Shown here: positions 29,456-40,741 of the stretch, piece by piece
Layout of the letters: each line of letters begins with the position of its first letter
Position numbering within the stretch: position 1 is the stretch's first letter
From: an uncultured Planctomycetaceae bacterium
GTDB taxonomy: Bacteria > Planctomycetota > Planctomycetia > Isosphaerales > Isosphaeraceae
DNA: 64,000 nucleotides
Direction: 5' to 3'
Assembly (NCBI GenBank): GCA_963816015.1
Contig: CAWFJM010000039.1
Location: 34,605-98,604 of the forward strand
Notes under the pieces: generated by a model
Told to the model about the DNA's origin: nothing
What the model saw: only the letters and a program-made list of their open reading frames with translations
Database searches by the model: none
Translations under genes and position numbers: made by a program

Positions 29456-30167
29456 ATGAACAGGACGTTTGCAGATCGTTGCGAGGCTGGCCGTGTGCTG
29501 GCAGAAGACCTGCGCGTATGGGGGCCGTTCCGACGTCGTGGTCCTGGGTCTCCCGCGAGGAGGAGTTCCGGTCGCGTTCGAGGTGGCCTGCGCGCTGGGG
29601 GTGCCGTTTGACATCTTCCTGGTCCGTAAGCTGGGCGCGCCCGGGCAGGAAGAGCTGGCCATGGGCGCGATCGCCTCCGGGGGTGTCGTGGTCATCAACG
29701 ACGAGGTCGTTGAGGGGCTGAGAATCTCCTGGGACCTGGTGGAGTCCGAGATCGCGCGGGAACGGATGGAGCTGACGCGGCGCGAGCGCCTCTACCGGGG
29801 GGACCGCCGGCCCATCGAGGTCCGCGGGCGGATCGTGATCCTCGTGGACGACGGCCTGGCCACGGGCTCGACCATGAGGGCGGCGGTGAAGGCCCTGCGC
29901 CGCAGGCGGCCGGCGGGGATCATCGTCGCCGTTCCCACTGCGGCTCCGTCGACGTGCCGCGAGTTTCAAAAAATTGCTGATGCCTGCATCTGCTCGATCA
30001 CGCCTGAGCCGTTTCGGGCGGTTGGTCTCTGGTATCAGAACTTCGAGCAAGTCAGCGACCAGGAAGTTTGTGACCTGCTGGCGCGGCCGACCGAGGGTTC
30101 GAATCCCGCGGAGCCGGAGGCGCCGCTGCCCGGAGTAGCGAACCCTGACCAGACCGCTGCGAGGTGA
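29456..30167 (+). CDS. Phosphoribosyltransferase family protein (frameshift near the start)
   Basis: [33 protein letters not shown]. Confidence 0.9.
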
Positions 30168-30268
30168 CCTGTGCACCGGTGTCCCGGCGCCGGGAGCCTG
30201 ATCGAGTCAATGGAGGTTGTGCTGTCCCGCCGAGGTACCGTTCCGGAAACCAGCATGGAGAGACGTTC

Positions 30269-30937
30269 ATGGGCCCCGGCACGAAAGACCATGTCCTGGA
30301 GCGTGAGGCGGAGATTCCGGCCGGATCCCGAACGGTGAGGGGGATCCTCAGTCTTCCTCCGGGCGCGTCGGGGGTAGTGGCTTTCGCGCACGGGAGCGGG
30401 AGCGGTCGGTTCAGCCCGCGCAACCAGTTTGTCGCCAAGCTGCTGCAGCAGTCGCAACTGGGAACCCTGCTGGTGGACCTGCTGGAAGACGACGAGGCCG
30501 ACGATCGCTCGCGAGTCTTTGACATCGGACTGCTGGCCAGACGGCTCCAGACGGCGTCCGATTGGCTGGCTGCTCAGCGCGAGACACAGGGCATGAGGCT
30601 GGGCTACTTCGGTGCCAGCACCGGGGCGGGGGCGGCGCTGGTGGCCGCGGCCCGGGCGCCGGGCCTGGTCAGGGCGGTCGTCTCGCGTGGGGGGCGGCCT
30701 GACCTGGCTCGTGAGTTCCTCCCCGCGGTAACCTGCCCGACGCTCCTGATCGTCGGAGGCGACGACGAAGTGGTGCTGGAGTTGAATCGAGAAGCCTATT
30801 CACTGCTCCGCTGTCCTCGCCAGCTCGACGTCGTCCCGGGCGCCTCGCACCTGTTCTCCGAGCCAGGCGCCCTGGATGAGGTGGCGCGGCTGGCCGAGCA
30901 ATGGTTTGTTCGCTACCTGGTTCAGACCCCGACGTGA
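30269..30937 (+). CDS. Dienelactone hydrolase-like alpha/beta hydrolase (PRT-associated)
   Basis: FAHGSGSGRFSPRN, GYFGASTG, VSRGGRPDLA. Confidence 0.9.
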   Translation: MGPGTKDHVLEREAEIPAGSRTVRGILSLPPGASGVVAFAHGSGSGRFSPRNQFVAKLLQQSQLGTLLVDLLEDDEADDRSRVFDIGLLARRLQTASDWLAAQRETQGMRLGYFGASTGAGAALVAAARAPGLVRAVVSRGGRPDLAREFLPAVTCPTLLIVGGDDEVVLELNREAYSLLRCPRQLDVVPGASHLFSEPGALDEVARLAEQWFVRYLVQTPT

Positions 30938-31132
30938 GCCTGGGTTGAGAACCATGATGAGACGATCGCGATTCGTGTGCGTGGCGTGGCCCGTTCGGCC
31001 GCAGGCCGGTCTGGCGAATTGCCCCTACCCCGAGGTTCCCGCCCCGAATGGCGGACACGGGTTCTCGTGACGAGGCGAACAAGTGGCGAGGCCGGCAAGC
31101 CGCCATGCCCTTCCGATCCGGAGGATTTCCCC

Positions 31133-31654
31133 ATGCTTCCTATCAAGACGATCCTGCATCCCACCGATTTCTCGAAGCCGTCGGAGTATGCCCTGCGGTT
31201 CGCCTGCGCACTGGCTCGGGACTACCAGGCGCGGCTGGTTCTCTTGCATGTGGTCGAGCCGCCGGTGTACTACGGGGAACTGGGGATGTCGGTCCCCCTT
31301 CCAGCCGACTTATATGAGACCCTGCACGGCAGGCTCTCACACCTCGTGCCCGTCGACTGCGGAGTTCCCGTGGAGACCCTCCTGATGGAGGGAAACGCCG
31401 CCCGTGAGATTCTCCGCGTGGCCGAGGATCAGCACTGCAGCCTCATCGTCCTGGGCACCCATGGCCGCACGGGGCTCTCCCGCGTGCTTCTGGGGAGCGT
31501 GGCCGAGGACGTGAGCCGTCACTCCCGCGTTCCCGTTCTCACGCTCAAGACCCCGCTCCTGCTGGATACCGGGACGTCCGGATCGGAAGAGGCCAGCGCC
31601 GGCAGTCAACCGGCGCCGGCAGAGAAGCCGTCTCGGAGCGTGCTGGTGATCTAG
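31133..31654 (+). CDS. Universal stress protein
   Basis: ILHPTDFS, IVLGTHGRTG...LGSVAE. Confidence 0.93.
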   Translation: MLPIKTILHPTDFSKPSEYALRFACALARDYQARLVLLHVVEPPVYYGELGMSVPLPADLYETLHGRLSHLVPVDCGVPVETLLMEGNAAREILRVAEDQHCSLIVLGTHGRTGLSRVLLGSVAEDVSRHSRVPVLTLKTPLLLDTGTSGSEEASAGSQPAPAEKPSRSVLVI

Positions 31655-31712
31655 CGTGGCTCCGAAAGGTGAAGGCGAAGGTTGCTCGCCTCCGCGAGCT
31701 CCCGGCGGGAGG

Positions 31713-32336
31713 TCAGAGACGCTCGACTTTCAAGTCGTCGAATTCCGTCTGTGCGTCGGATTTCGACCAGAGGCCGATCTTGCCGGGGCCGGGGAACGTC
31801 GTGTCCCGGACCTCGAGCCGCTTCGTGCCGTCGAGATAGCAAACGATGTGGTCGCCACTCATGGTCACTCGCAGCCGGCACCAGCCGTCCGGGCCGGTGA
31901 CATCGGCACTCTGAAGCTGGGTCCGCTTGCCGTCCACAACGGTGTAGACGCGAAAGTTTCGCTCCAGGGGATTGAAGCGAGCCAGGTAGTAGTTCTTCGC
32001 GTCCTTGGCCCGCCAGACCAGGCCTCCGCCCTGATCGATGACGCCGGCGATCGGCCGGAGCCGGACGGACAGGTCGAGATCGCTGGCCTCGATCCCTTCC
32101 ACCAAGACCAGGTTGAGCGTGGGTTTCGGATTGCGGGCCAGCTGAGCCAGGACCTTGCCGTCGCCGAGATCCACGACTCTCCAGTGACCGACTCGGGGCA
32201 CGAAACCACGCGGCACCGCTCCGGTTTCCTCCCTGTCAAAAGTCCATGTGTGGTTGTCGTCCGCTCCGGGAAGCGGAACGGCGGACAAGAGGGCGATCAG
32301 CACGATGGCCATGGGGCTCCAGATCGAGGTCTTCAT
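31713..32336 (-). CDS. Secreted LamG/DUF1080-like protein
   Basis: Signal peptide; GGGLVWR..D..NYY; GKIGLW. Confidence 0.7.
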   Translation of the reverse strand: MKTSIWSPMAIVLIALLSAVPLPGADDNHTWTFDREETGAVPRGFVPRVGHWRVVDLGDGKVLAQLARNPKPTLNLVLVEGIEASDLDLSVRLRPIAGVIDQGGGLVWRAKDAKNYYLARFNPLERNFRVYTVVDGKRTQLQSADVTGPDGWCRLRVTMSGDHIVCYLDGTKRLEVRDTTFPGPGKIGLWSKSDAQTEFDDLKVERL

Positions 32337-32340
32337 CAAT

Positions 32341-33774
32341 TCACACTCCCTGTGCGGCCAGGGTTTCGAGCTCGGAGACACCTGGAGAATGACCTGTGGT
32401 TCCCGGCATGGTGACGGTGACCTTCGTCCCTTTTCCCGGCGCACTTTCCACCTCGACGGATCCGTCGTGCGACTCGGCGATGGAGCGGCAGATGGAAAGG
32501 CCCAGACCGTTTCCCCCGGTCCGCCGGCTGCGGGCGGAATCCACCCGGTAGAACCGGTCGAAGATGCGGGGCAGATGTTCCGGCGCGATGCCGATTCCCG
32601 TATCGACGACGATGATGCGAGCCTGCCCCTTCTGGCATTCGACCCGGAGGAGAATTCTCCCCCCGGGTGGCGTGAACTTGATCGCGTTGTCCGCCAGACT
32701 GAAGACCAGTCGACGGAGCTGCGCCCCGTTGCCTAGGACCTGACACGGGAGCGACGCCTCGACCGTGAGCTCCTGCTCCGCCTCAGCCGCCAGGACCCGA
32801 AGGTGGTCGGCGATCTCGCAGACCAGCTGATCGAGGCGGACCACTTCCTTGGCGTGGGCTCCGAGACCGGCATCCTCGCGGAAAAGCAGCAGAAGCTCTT
32901 CACTGAGCCGGGACAGGTGCTCGATCTCCTCCAGCATGTCTTCCAGGCAGTCGCGGTACTGTTCCGAATCGCGGGGAACGCGAAGCGCCACCTCGGCCTC
33001 ATTCCGGAGGATCGCAAGCGGGGTGCGCAGCTCGTGCGCGGCGTCGGCCGTAAACCGGCGGACTTCCTCGAAGGAGCGCTCGAGCCGCCCAATCATCCCG
33101 TTGAGCGTCCGGGCCAGCCGCCCCAGTTCGTCGTTAGGGTTTGGCGCGTGCAGCCGCCGGTCGAGCTGGCTGGCGGTGATCTCGTCGGCCGAGGCGGCCA
33201 TGCGGTCCACAGGGGCAAGCGCCTGGCGGGCCAGCAAATAGCCGCCACCCAGCGTGCATCCCACGGCCAGAGAGCCCGCCAGCAGCACGATCACCAGCAG
33301 CTCGCCGAGCTGCCTCTCGTTCTCGTCCAGGGACGTGGCAACCTGAACCTGCAGCGGCAGCCCGGCCCCGGTGGTCAGGCGGCTGAGCATGCGGAAGCGG
33401 CCGTCGCCGGGTACACTGAAGTTCTCCAAGACATCCCTGTCAGCCGTGGGAGCACGACCCGGAATCGGCAGCCCACGATCGTGAATCCGATCGCTCCGGA
33501 TTTTGAGTGTGTCGTCGGCCCTGCTGACCTGGATGTCGACGTCCGGATGCCGCACGAAAAGCCGTTCGAGCCGCTCTTCCATCTGCGTGCGGTCCTGGAC
33601 TTGGATGAGCTCGTCCTCGATCACGGACATCTGGATGAGCAGGGCCCGGCTCGTTCGATTCTGCAGTTCTCGCTTCAGCAGCAGGAAGACACTGGTGCCG
33701 AAAACCGCGAGGACGCCTGTCAGAACCGCCCCATACCAGAGGGTGAGCCTCCAGCGAATGCTCAGGCGACTCAT
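32341..33774 (-). CDS. Heavy-metal sensor histidine kinase (CusS/CzcS-like)
   Basis: HAMP domain, AAHELRTPL H-box, DTGIG and GLGLSI HATPase boxes. Confidence 0.92.
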   Translation of the reverse strand: MSRLSIRWRLTLWYGAVLTGVLAVFGTSVFLLLKRELQNRTSRALLIQMSVIEDELIQVQDRTQMEERLERLFVRHPDVDIQVSRADDTLKIRSDRIHDRGLPIPGRAPTADRDVLENFSVPGDGRFRMLSRLTTGAGLPLQVQVATSLDENERQLGELLVIVLLAGSLAVGCTLGGGYLLARQALAPVDRMAASADEITASQLDRRLHAPNPNDELGRLARTLNGMIGRLERSFEEVRRFTADAAHELRTPLAILRNEAEVALRVPRDSEQYRDCLEDMLEEIEHLSRLSEELLLLFREDAGLGAHAKEVVRLDQLVCEIADHLRVLAAEAEQELTVEASLPCQVLGNGAQLRRLVFSLADNAIKFTPPGGRILLRVECQKGQARIIVVDTGIGIAPEHLPRIFDRFYRVDSARSRRTGGNGLGLSICRSIAESHDGSVEVESAPGKGTKVTVTMPGTTGHSPGVSELETLAAQGV

Positions 33775-34448
33775 GAACCATCCCTCAAGGCATAGCCCAC
33801 GCCTCGCACCGTGTGGATGAGCGTTCGTTTGTCGGGGCGCTCGATCTTCTTCCGGAGCAGTGTGATGTAGACGTCGATGGTGTTCGTCAGCGTCCCGGTG
33901 CCTTCCTTCCAGACCTCCCTCGCGATCATGTCGCGCGTCACCGCGGAGTTCTTGTTGCGGAGCAGGAACTCGAGGAGCTCGAACTCGCGCCGGGTCAGGT
34001 CGATCTCCACGCCTCCGCGGGTGACCACCCGCGTGACCAAGTTCATCTCCAGGTCATCCGCCTTCAGACAAAGGTCTCGGTTGACGACGTCTCGCCGGAG
34101 CAGCGCCCGAATGCGGGCCAGCAGCTCGGCAAACGCGAACGGCTTGGGCAGGTAGTCGTCGGCTCCGGAGTCAAGTCCCTGCACGCGATCCTCGATCCCG
34201 TCCCGGGCGGTGAGGATCAAGATCGGCTTCGTGAACCCATCACTGCGCAGGCTGCGCAGAACGTCAAGGCCGTCCCGCTCGGGGAGCATCAGGTCGAGCA
34301 CGATGGCATCGACGGGCAGGCTCTTGGCCTGGAGATAGCCTTCCTCTCCGGTCATTGCGGGAATGACCTCGTAACCTTCCTCGGAGAGCCCGCGCTCCAG
34401 GCTCTGCAAGAGCTTCTTCTGGTCCTCGATCACGAGCAAGCGAGGCAT
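33771..34448 (-). CDS. OmpR-family response regulator (CusR/CzcR-like)
   Basis: LDLMLP, GADDYLPKPF, IHTVRGVGY. Confidence 0.93.
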   Translation of the reverse strand: MPRLLVIEDQKKLLQSLERGLSEEGYEVIPAMTGEEGYLQAKSLPVDAIVLDLMLPERDGLDVLRSLRSDGFTKPILILTARDGIEDRVQGLDSGADDYLPKPFAFAELLARIRALLRRDVVNRDLCLKADDLEMNLVTRVVTRGGVEIDLTRREFELLEFLLRNKNSAVTRDMIAREVWKEGTGTLTNTIDVYITLLRKKIERPDKRTLIHTVRGVGYALRDGS

Positions 34449-34710
34449 GGGGGGCTCCCTGTGCATCACTGATGCCATCGACAACCTTGAAGGGTTGTCT
34501 ACCAGCGTACCGCGAGCGGCCTCTCGGGTCACCTGTTGCTGGGTTAAAAAACGCTCATCACGCGACGTGCCCCGGCCCGGAGGAAATCTCCCGGTCCCTT
34601 TGAGATGGCGCCGGGGTCGACTAGACTGGCAAGTGTGCGTGCTCATGCCAGGGATCGGTGGGAAAAACCCCGCCACGTCGCGCGGACCCAGAGCTGGAAA
34701 GGGTGTCGAG

Positions 34711-35006
34711 GTGCGACTGCAAGAGCTGAGCTGGCCGCTTGCGAGTGGGAAACCTCGATGGTCCTGAAGCTGGCGCCCCACCTGGTGGGCGACCCCGAGG
34801 CGGTAGAGCCCGTTCCCTTCGGCAACCCTTTCGAGCCGGGATCGCAGGGCTGGATCACCCGGGAACGGAGCGTTCCGGGGCACATCGGCAGCCCTCGCAA
34901 AGCCAGCGCCGAGAAGGGCGAGATCCTCTTCCGCCTCTTTTCCGGCGCCGTTGCTGCGTTCCTCGAACACGTGATCGCCTGGGATGGAAGGTCCTGGGAT
35001 GGCTGA
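34711..35006 (+). pseudogene. Creatininase-family gene with most of its middle deleted
   Basis: GTG-RLQELSWP N-terminus joined directly to ACEWETSM...ASAEKGE C-terminus. Confidence 0.75.
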
Positions 35007-37632
35007 GAGGGACCCGAAGCAGCGGCCACGCTGGTGCTGGCGGAGGACCGCGGGGCCTGGCTGCGCACCTGGGGCATTTGCGGCCTCATGCTGCTGGCCA
35101 CCATGCTCAACTACGTGGACCGGCAAGCGCTTGCCCAGCAGGCGACCGACATCCGGGGTGCTCTGGCGCTCTCGATCGAGGATTATGGCTGGCTCGAGAC
35201 GGGCTTCGGCCTGGCCTTCGCCGTCGGTGGGAGCAAACGTAGCCCATGTTTGGGGTGAAATCGAGCTCGGCGAGCCTCGCGTCACTCGGATTTCCTCTGT
35301 TTTCCCGGGTTTGGCGAGGGCGGCACCTCGCATTTCCCGAAAAGCGTAGTGACAATATCGTCGCGATTCTGCGGTTTTTCTCCATGAATTCGCCTTGATT
35401 TCGGCGCCTTCCGTCGTGATACTTCACGACATGTACCTGAGAACCATCAAAGTCCGGTCCTCCAGCGGTGCTCTGAACGAGTACGTCCGCGTGGTCGAGG
35501 CCTATCGCGACCACGGCAAGGTCAAGCAACGCACCGTTGCCGATCTGGGCCGCAAAGACTTGCTCGCGGAACTGTTTCCCAAGCTGAAACGCTTGCTCGG
35601 CCAGGATGTCGGCTCGGCGACCTCTGAGGGCAAAGACCCCGATATCCTTGATGCCTCCACCTGGGGACCTGTCCTCGCTGTTCGGACCCTGTTCGATCAG
35701 CTGGGATTGTGGGCGATCCTCGATAAGACGCTCGGCAAAGCCAAGGGCGTGCCGTTTACCGACCGAGCCTTCGTGCTCATCGCCAATCGGCTGATTCACC
35801 CCTCCAGTGAGCACGGCCTGGCGGGTTGGCTGGAGACCGACTTCGTCTGTGACCGCCGAGGCCGCCGGTTTGTTCCCCGTTGGAACCAGCACCAGCGAGT
35901 CCGGGTCGACTTCCGCCAACTGGAGGCGTGGTATCGGACTCTCGATCAGCTCGTGGCGGCCAAGGAACGGATCGAGGTGGCTCTTTATCACCGCCTCCGC
36001 GACCTGTTCAGCTTCAAGCCGGATTTGGTGCTCTATGACATCACCAGCACCTACTTCGAGGGTGCCGGCCCGGCCGACTTCGCCAAACACGGCCACAGCC
36101 GCGACGGCAAGCCGCATAACGTCCAGGTGATCGTCGGAGTCGTGATGGTCGCCGGCTGGCCGATCGCTCATCATGTCTGGGAAGGCAACGAGGTCGACCA
36201 CCAGACCGTACAACGGGCAATCCGCGACTTGCACCAGCGCTTCGGCTTCAATCGCCTGGTCTTCGTCGGCGATCGAGGTATGGTCACCAATGATAATCTT
36301 GAAGCGATCACCACTGAGAAGCACGGCTACCTTGTCGGCCTGAAGCGGCGGAGAAACGCGAAGCTGACCAAGTGGCTCGGTACCCTTGACGACTCGAGGT
36401 GGATCACTTGCCCGGTGGGGATCACCGCGCGGGAAAAGACGAATCCACCGCGCACCCGGGCGCAAGAGATCCCCTCTGGAGTCGATGGCTTGCGAGTGAT
36501 CATCGTGGATTCCGACGAGCGTCGCGAGTATGAGCAAGCCATGCGTCAGAGGGCCATGGAACGGACACGGCGAGCGCTGGAGAAGCTCCAGGGGCGTGTG
36601 ACGGCCGGGAAGTTGAAACAGCCCGCGAAGATTGGGGCCGCCGCCGAGCGTCTGCTGCAACGGAACCACGGCTACCGCTACTATTCGTGGGCTCTGGAGC
36701 GGGGCTCTTTCCGCTACTTCGAGAACACGAAGGGCCTGGCCAGTGAGCAGGGGATCGAAGGCAAGTACGTGATCGCCACGAGCGAGTCCGCGCTCAGCGT
36801 GCTGGAGGTGGTGGCGATCTACAAGGACTTGAGCGATGTCGAGCGTGGGTTCCGTCAGCTCAAGGACGTACTGGCCATGCGGCCGATCTATCATCAGATA
36901 GAGCCGCGAGTGAAGGCACATATTTTCGTAGCGGCATTAGCTCTGCTGGTGCAGCGGCTCCTGCACCGCCGGCTCGAGGAGGCGGGGATAGATTTCTCTC
37001 CCGAGCGGGCGATGCAAGCCCTCAGTACGCTTCGGCTGGTGACACTTCGCCTGGACGATGAGCCCGAGCGGCGAGGAGTCAGCGGAGGCTGCCCCGACGC
37101 GCGGCGAGTCCTGAAGGCACTGGGCGTAACGGAGCTCAGGCCGCCGGACCCGCCGGATCACGAAAAAACCGTGATGTAGTGACAATCTGAAAATTCGCCC
37201 CTTACCTGCCAATGACTTACGTCGACCAACCCCAAACATGGGCTAGCCCAGCAGGCGACCGACATCCGGGGTGCTCTGGCGCTCTCGATCGAGGATTATG
37301 GCTGGCTCGAGACGGGCTTCGGCCTGGCCTTCGCCGTCGGTGGGATCAGGACGGGGACGCTGGCCGACCGCGTGAGCCTCCGCTGGCTCTATCCGGCCAC
37401 CCTTCTGGGCTGGTCGGCGGTCGGTTTTCTGACCGGCTGGGTGACGAGCTACCGCGAGCTCCTTCTCTGCCGGCTCATGCTCGGCTTCTTCGAGGCCGGC
37501 CAGAGTGGCCCTCGCCCTGGCCGCCTCGCAGCGGCTGCTACCCCGCCAGCAGCGGACCCCAGGCAACAGCATCCTCCAGAACGGGACGTCGCTGGGGGCG
37601 ATCGCAACGCCGCAGGTCATTCTGCTGCTCAA
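34999..37632 (+). pseudogene. MFS transporter (ACS/ExuT-like) interrupted by IS1634 and 3'-truncated
   Basis: LATMLNYVDRQAL before the IS; G.LADR and RLMLGFFEAG after it. Confidence 0.8.
35243..37242 (+). mobile_element. IS1634-family element copy 1 (2000 bp; transposase 35431-37179)
   Basis: YDITSTYFEG, VGDRGM, VERGFRQLK..MRPIYH; IRs CCCATGTTTGGGG / CCCCAAACATGGG. Confidence 0.95.
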
Positions 37633-37635
37633 GAG

Positions 37636-39844
37636 TTCGGCACGGAGAACACCCAGCTCCGGGTCAACGGTTTGTTCAGGGGGCTCGATAACTGGATCTA
37701 CGCGGCCAATGGCCGGAGTGACGGCGAGGTTCGCACCCCGGGGTCGCCTCCGGGCAAGGCGGTGTCCATCAGCCGCTGCGACCTGCGGTTCCGGTTCCGG
37801 CCCGAAACGAAAACCGTCGAGGTTGAGGCTCGCAGGATCAGCCATTCGCCGGTCATGACGACTAGGGCAACCGCTCCCTCTGGAGCAGGACCCCGCATCC
37901 GCGAGGTAGTCCTAGAGCAGTCCGGCGCTCGACGGCAACCAGTTTGGCAGAGATATAGTGGGTGGCCGCGATACTAGACGAGGCGGATGAAGATAGGGTC
38001 TATTCGCTCAGTCGATAAAGTACCGGTTCAATAGAGAGTGGGTAGACTACTTCAATGAGAGCTACGGGCCGAGGATATAACGAGGTGACAGGCTTATGAG
38101 AGGATCATAGAGGTCAAGGAGTTAGTGTGAGAGCTACTGTAGAACCTAGTGCAAGACGGCTCGCTAGATAAGGGAGGAATGCACGTTCGAGGGGCGGAGG
38201 GTAGAGAGACAGCGGGAGTTACTGGCATTCGACTTGACGCGGCCTTTAGACGAGTGAACCTGATAACCGGAACGGATGGGGTGCGTTATGTCGTGGACAT
38301 GTACCGCGAGATGGTCGAGCACCCCGACTTCGTTCCCGCCGACCTGCGTGCCGGTATCGAGTTCCGCCGCTGGCACGACAAGGGGCGGATCTGGCGGGTG
38401 CGGAGCAAGGATATCCCGCCAGGAGCCCGGGCCGCCGATCGCCGCCCCAGGCTGAAGACGGCCAGACCCCAGAAGTTGGTGAACCTCCTGAACCCCATCC
38501 GGTCGGGTGGTGGCTAGACATGGCCCAGCACCTTCTCGTCGAGCGACAGGACCAGCGAGCCACTCCCCTGCTGAAGGAACAAGTCCGGACAGCGGCGACC
38601 CCCCTGTGCAGGCTGCACGCGCGCTCTGGACGCTGGCGGGACTGAACGCCCTCGACGCCACGACCCTGGACCGGGCCCCTCACGATCCTCATCCCGCCCT
38701 CCGCGAGCATGCGCTTGCGCGTTGTCTTCCCTGGTGACGGCGGGAGGGCTCGCCCTGCGAGACGACCATCGCCCTGGCCGCAGATCCATCGATCCGGGTC
38801 CGCCTTCAGGCTGTGCTGGCTCTCGGTCAGCGCGGCACGGTGGATCAGACGGCCGTTCACGCCCTGGCTGAGCTGGCCTCTCGGGACGCGGCTGCCCCCT
38901 GGATACGCCTGGCGATCCTCAGCGGCCTGGGCGAATCGGCACTGCCTTTTGTGCGCGAGTGGTTAGAGCATGTACTGAACTGCGCGATAGGGGCGACGCT
39001 CGATCAGCTACGGCTACTCTCGGAAGCCGCGGCGATAGTGGGAGCACGCCGGCGGAGCAGGAGCTCTTTGCGTTTCTCGGTCTGCTCGAGACGAGAGGGC
39101 GGAACGATCAGGAAAATGCCCCGGCTCGCGTCGGATGGCTCGCGCTCCTGGCCGGTCTGGGAGAGGGCATGGACCGCTCCGGTCCTCCGCTTCATGCCTG
39201 GCTGGCGGAGCCCACGAACCTTGGGCGGCCCGAGGTTCAGAAACTGGCTCCGCTCTGGCCGGCCGCCCGGGTGCTGGCGCTCTCGGCTCAGCCCGTCGAA
39301 CAGCGCCAGCTTGCGCTGGAGGCGCTGGTTCGCAGCCAGCCCAAGCTGGCCGTACCCGTCGTCGGCCAGTTGCTCCTTGCCGACCTGCCGGCCATGGTCC
39401 AGTCCGCGGCGACCCGAGCGGTCAGGCGCATGGGAGGGGTCGAGCTCACGTCCCGGATCCTCGATTCCTGGAGCGAGATCTCCCTGGGCACGCATCGCGA
39501 GTTTCTGGACGCCGTGCTCGCCTCACCCGCATCGGCCGCCGCGCTGGTCGAGGCTCTCGAGAACCAGAAGGTCGCCGTTACCGAGCTTGACCCGGCCAGT
39601 CGCGAGGTCCTTCGACACCTTGCGGATCCCGCGGCGAGGAAGCGCGCCCTGGCGATCCTCGCCCGCTCGGCCCCGGCGGACCGATCCACGGTGGTGGCGC
39701 GCTATCAAGCCGCTCTTCGGCTGTCGGGCGACGCCGCCCGAGGCGCAGGGCTCTTCGCGAAGAATTGCCAGACCTGCCACCAGCACCAGGGCCAGGGCCA
39801 TTGTGTCGGGCCGGATCTCTCGGGCATCGCCGGCCGCCCGCCGG
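37636..39844 (+). pseudogene. PVC-type membrane-bound dehydrogenase / CxxCH heme-binding protein, internal fragment
   Basis: NTQLRVNGL..GLDNWIY, YVVDMYR..EHP, HEAT-like repeats, GDAARG..FAKNCQTCH...GPDLSG. Confidence 0.8.
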
Positions 39845-40258
39845 CCTGCTTCGCAAGCTCCAGGGACTGCCCGCGGACGAGCCCCCGTCCTTCACGCTGG
39901 ATACCGAGCGCAGCGAGCGGCTTGCCATGCAGGCCGTCATGGACGCCGAGAGGAGACTCGGCTACGACCCCCGCGACGTGAGCGAAGAGAACCTGGGCTA
40001 CGACATCGAGTCCCGGATCCTCGGAACCGGGAGGCTCCGCTTCATCGAGGTGAAGGGGCGTGTCGTCGGAGCCAAGACGGTCACCGTCACGAAGAACGAG
40101 ATCCTCACAGCGCTCAATAAGCCGGAGGATTTCTTCCTGGCGATCGTGGCGATAGACTCAAATGGGCCAACAACACCTCAGTACGTTCGCCGTCCGTTTC
40201 AGCGCGAGCCCGACTTTGGTGTGACCAGCGTGAACTATGTGTTGGCAGATCTACTCGC
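39837..40258 (+). pseudogene. C-terminal DUF3883-like nuclease domain of a SNF2 helicase (fragment)
   Basis: GYDIESR...RFIEVKGR..TVTVTKNEILTALNKP...FQREPDFGVTSVNY. Confidence 0.8.
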
Positions 40259-40557
40259 CGGCGTGGAAGGGCCGAAATCTGGTGCCGATCGCCAAGACCT
40301 ATTCGGGCCTCATCGACGATGAGATTCGCCGCATCGATGCCTTCGTCCGCCGCAACATGATCGAGAAATTCGGCCAGGTTCGCACCGTCAAGCCCGAGCT
40401 CGTCTTCGAGCTGGCGTTCGAGGGCCTGAACCGCTCGAACCGCCACAAGTCGGGGTTTGCGGTCCGCTTCCCCCGCATCCTTCGCTGGCGAACCGACAAG
40501 ACAGCCGCTGAGGCCGATACGCTTGACACCATCCGCTCGCTCTTGCCTCCCGAATGA
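40259..40557 (+). pseudogene. ATP-dependent DNA ligase C-terminal OB fragment
   Basis: AKTYSGL, PELVFELAFEG, HKSGFAVRFPRI.RWR.DK. Confidence 0.85.
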
Positions 40558-40741
40558 ATACAATGATGTCTTTATGTCTGACTATGGTGTCTCCGAACGG
40601 CCACTGCGGCCTTGACAACCGCGCGACCGGCCCTGGTAGAATACGGCCGTGTGAAAGTCGCACGAAACGTGCACCGTCCCGCCTAATCCATGAATGGATT
40701 GACTCGAATTCGGGTGATCCCTCCACTCCTCTGGCTGATCG

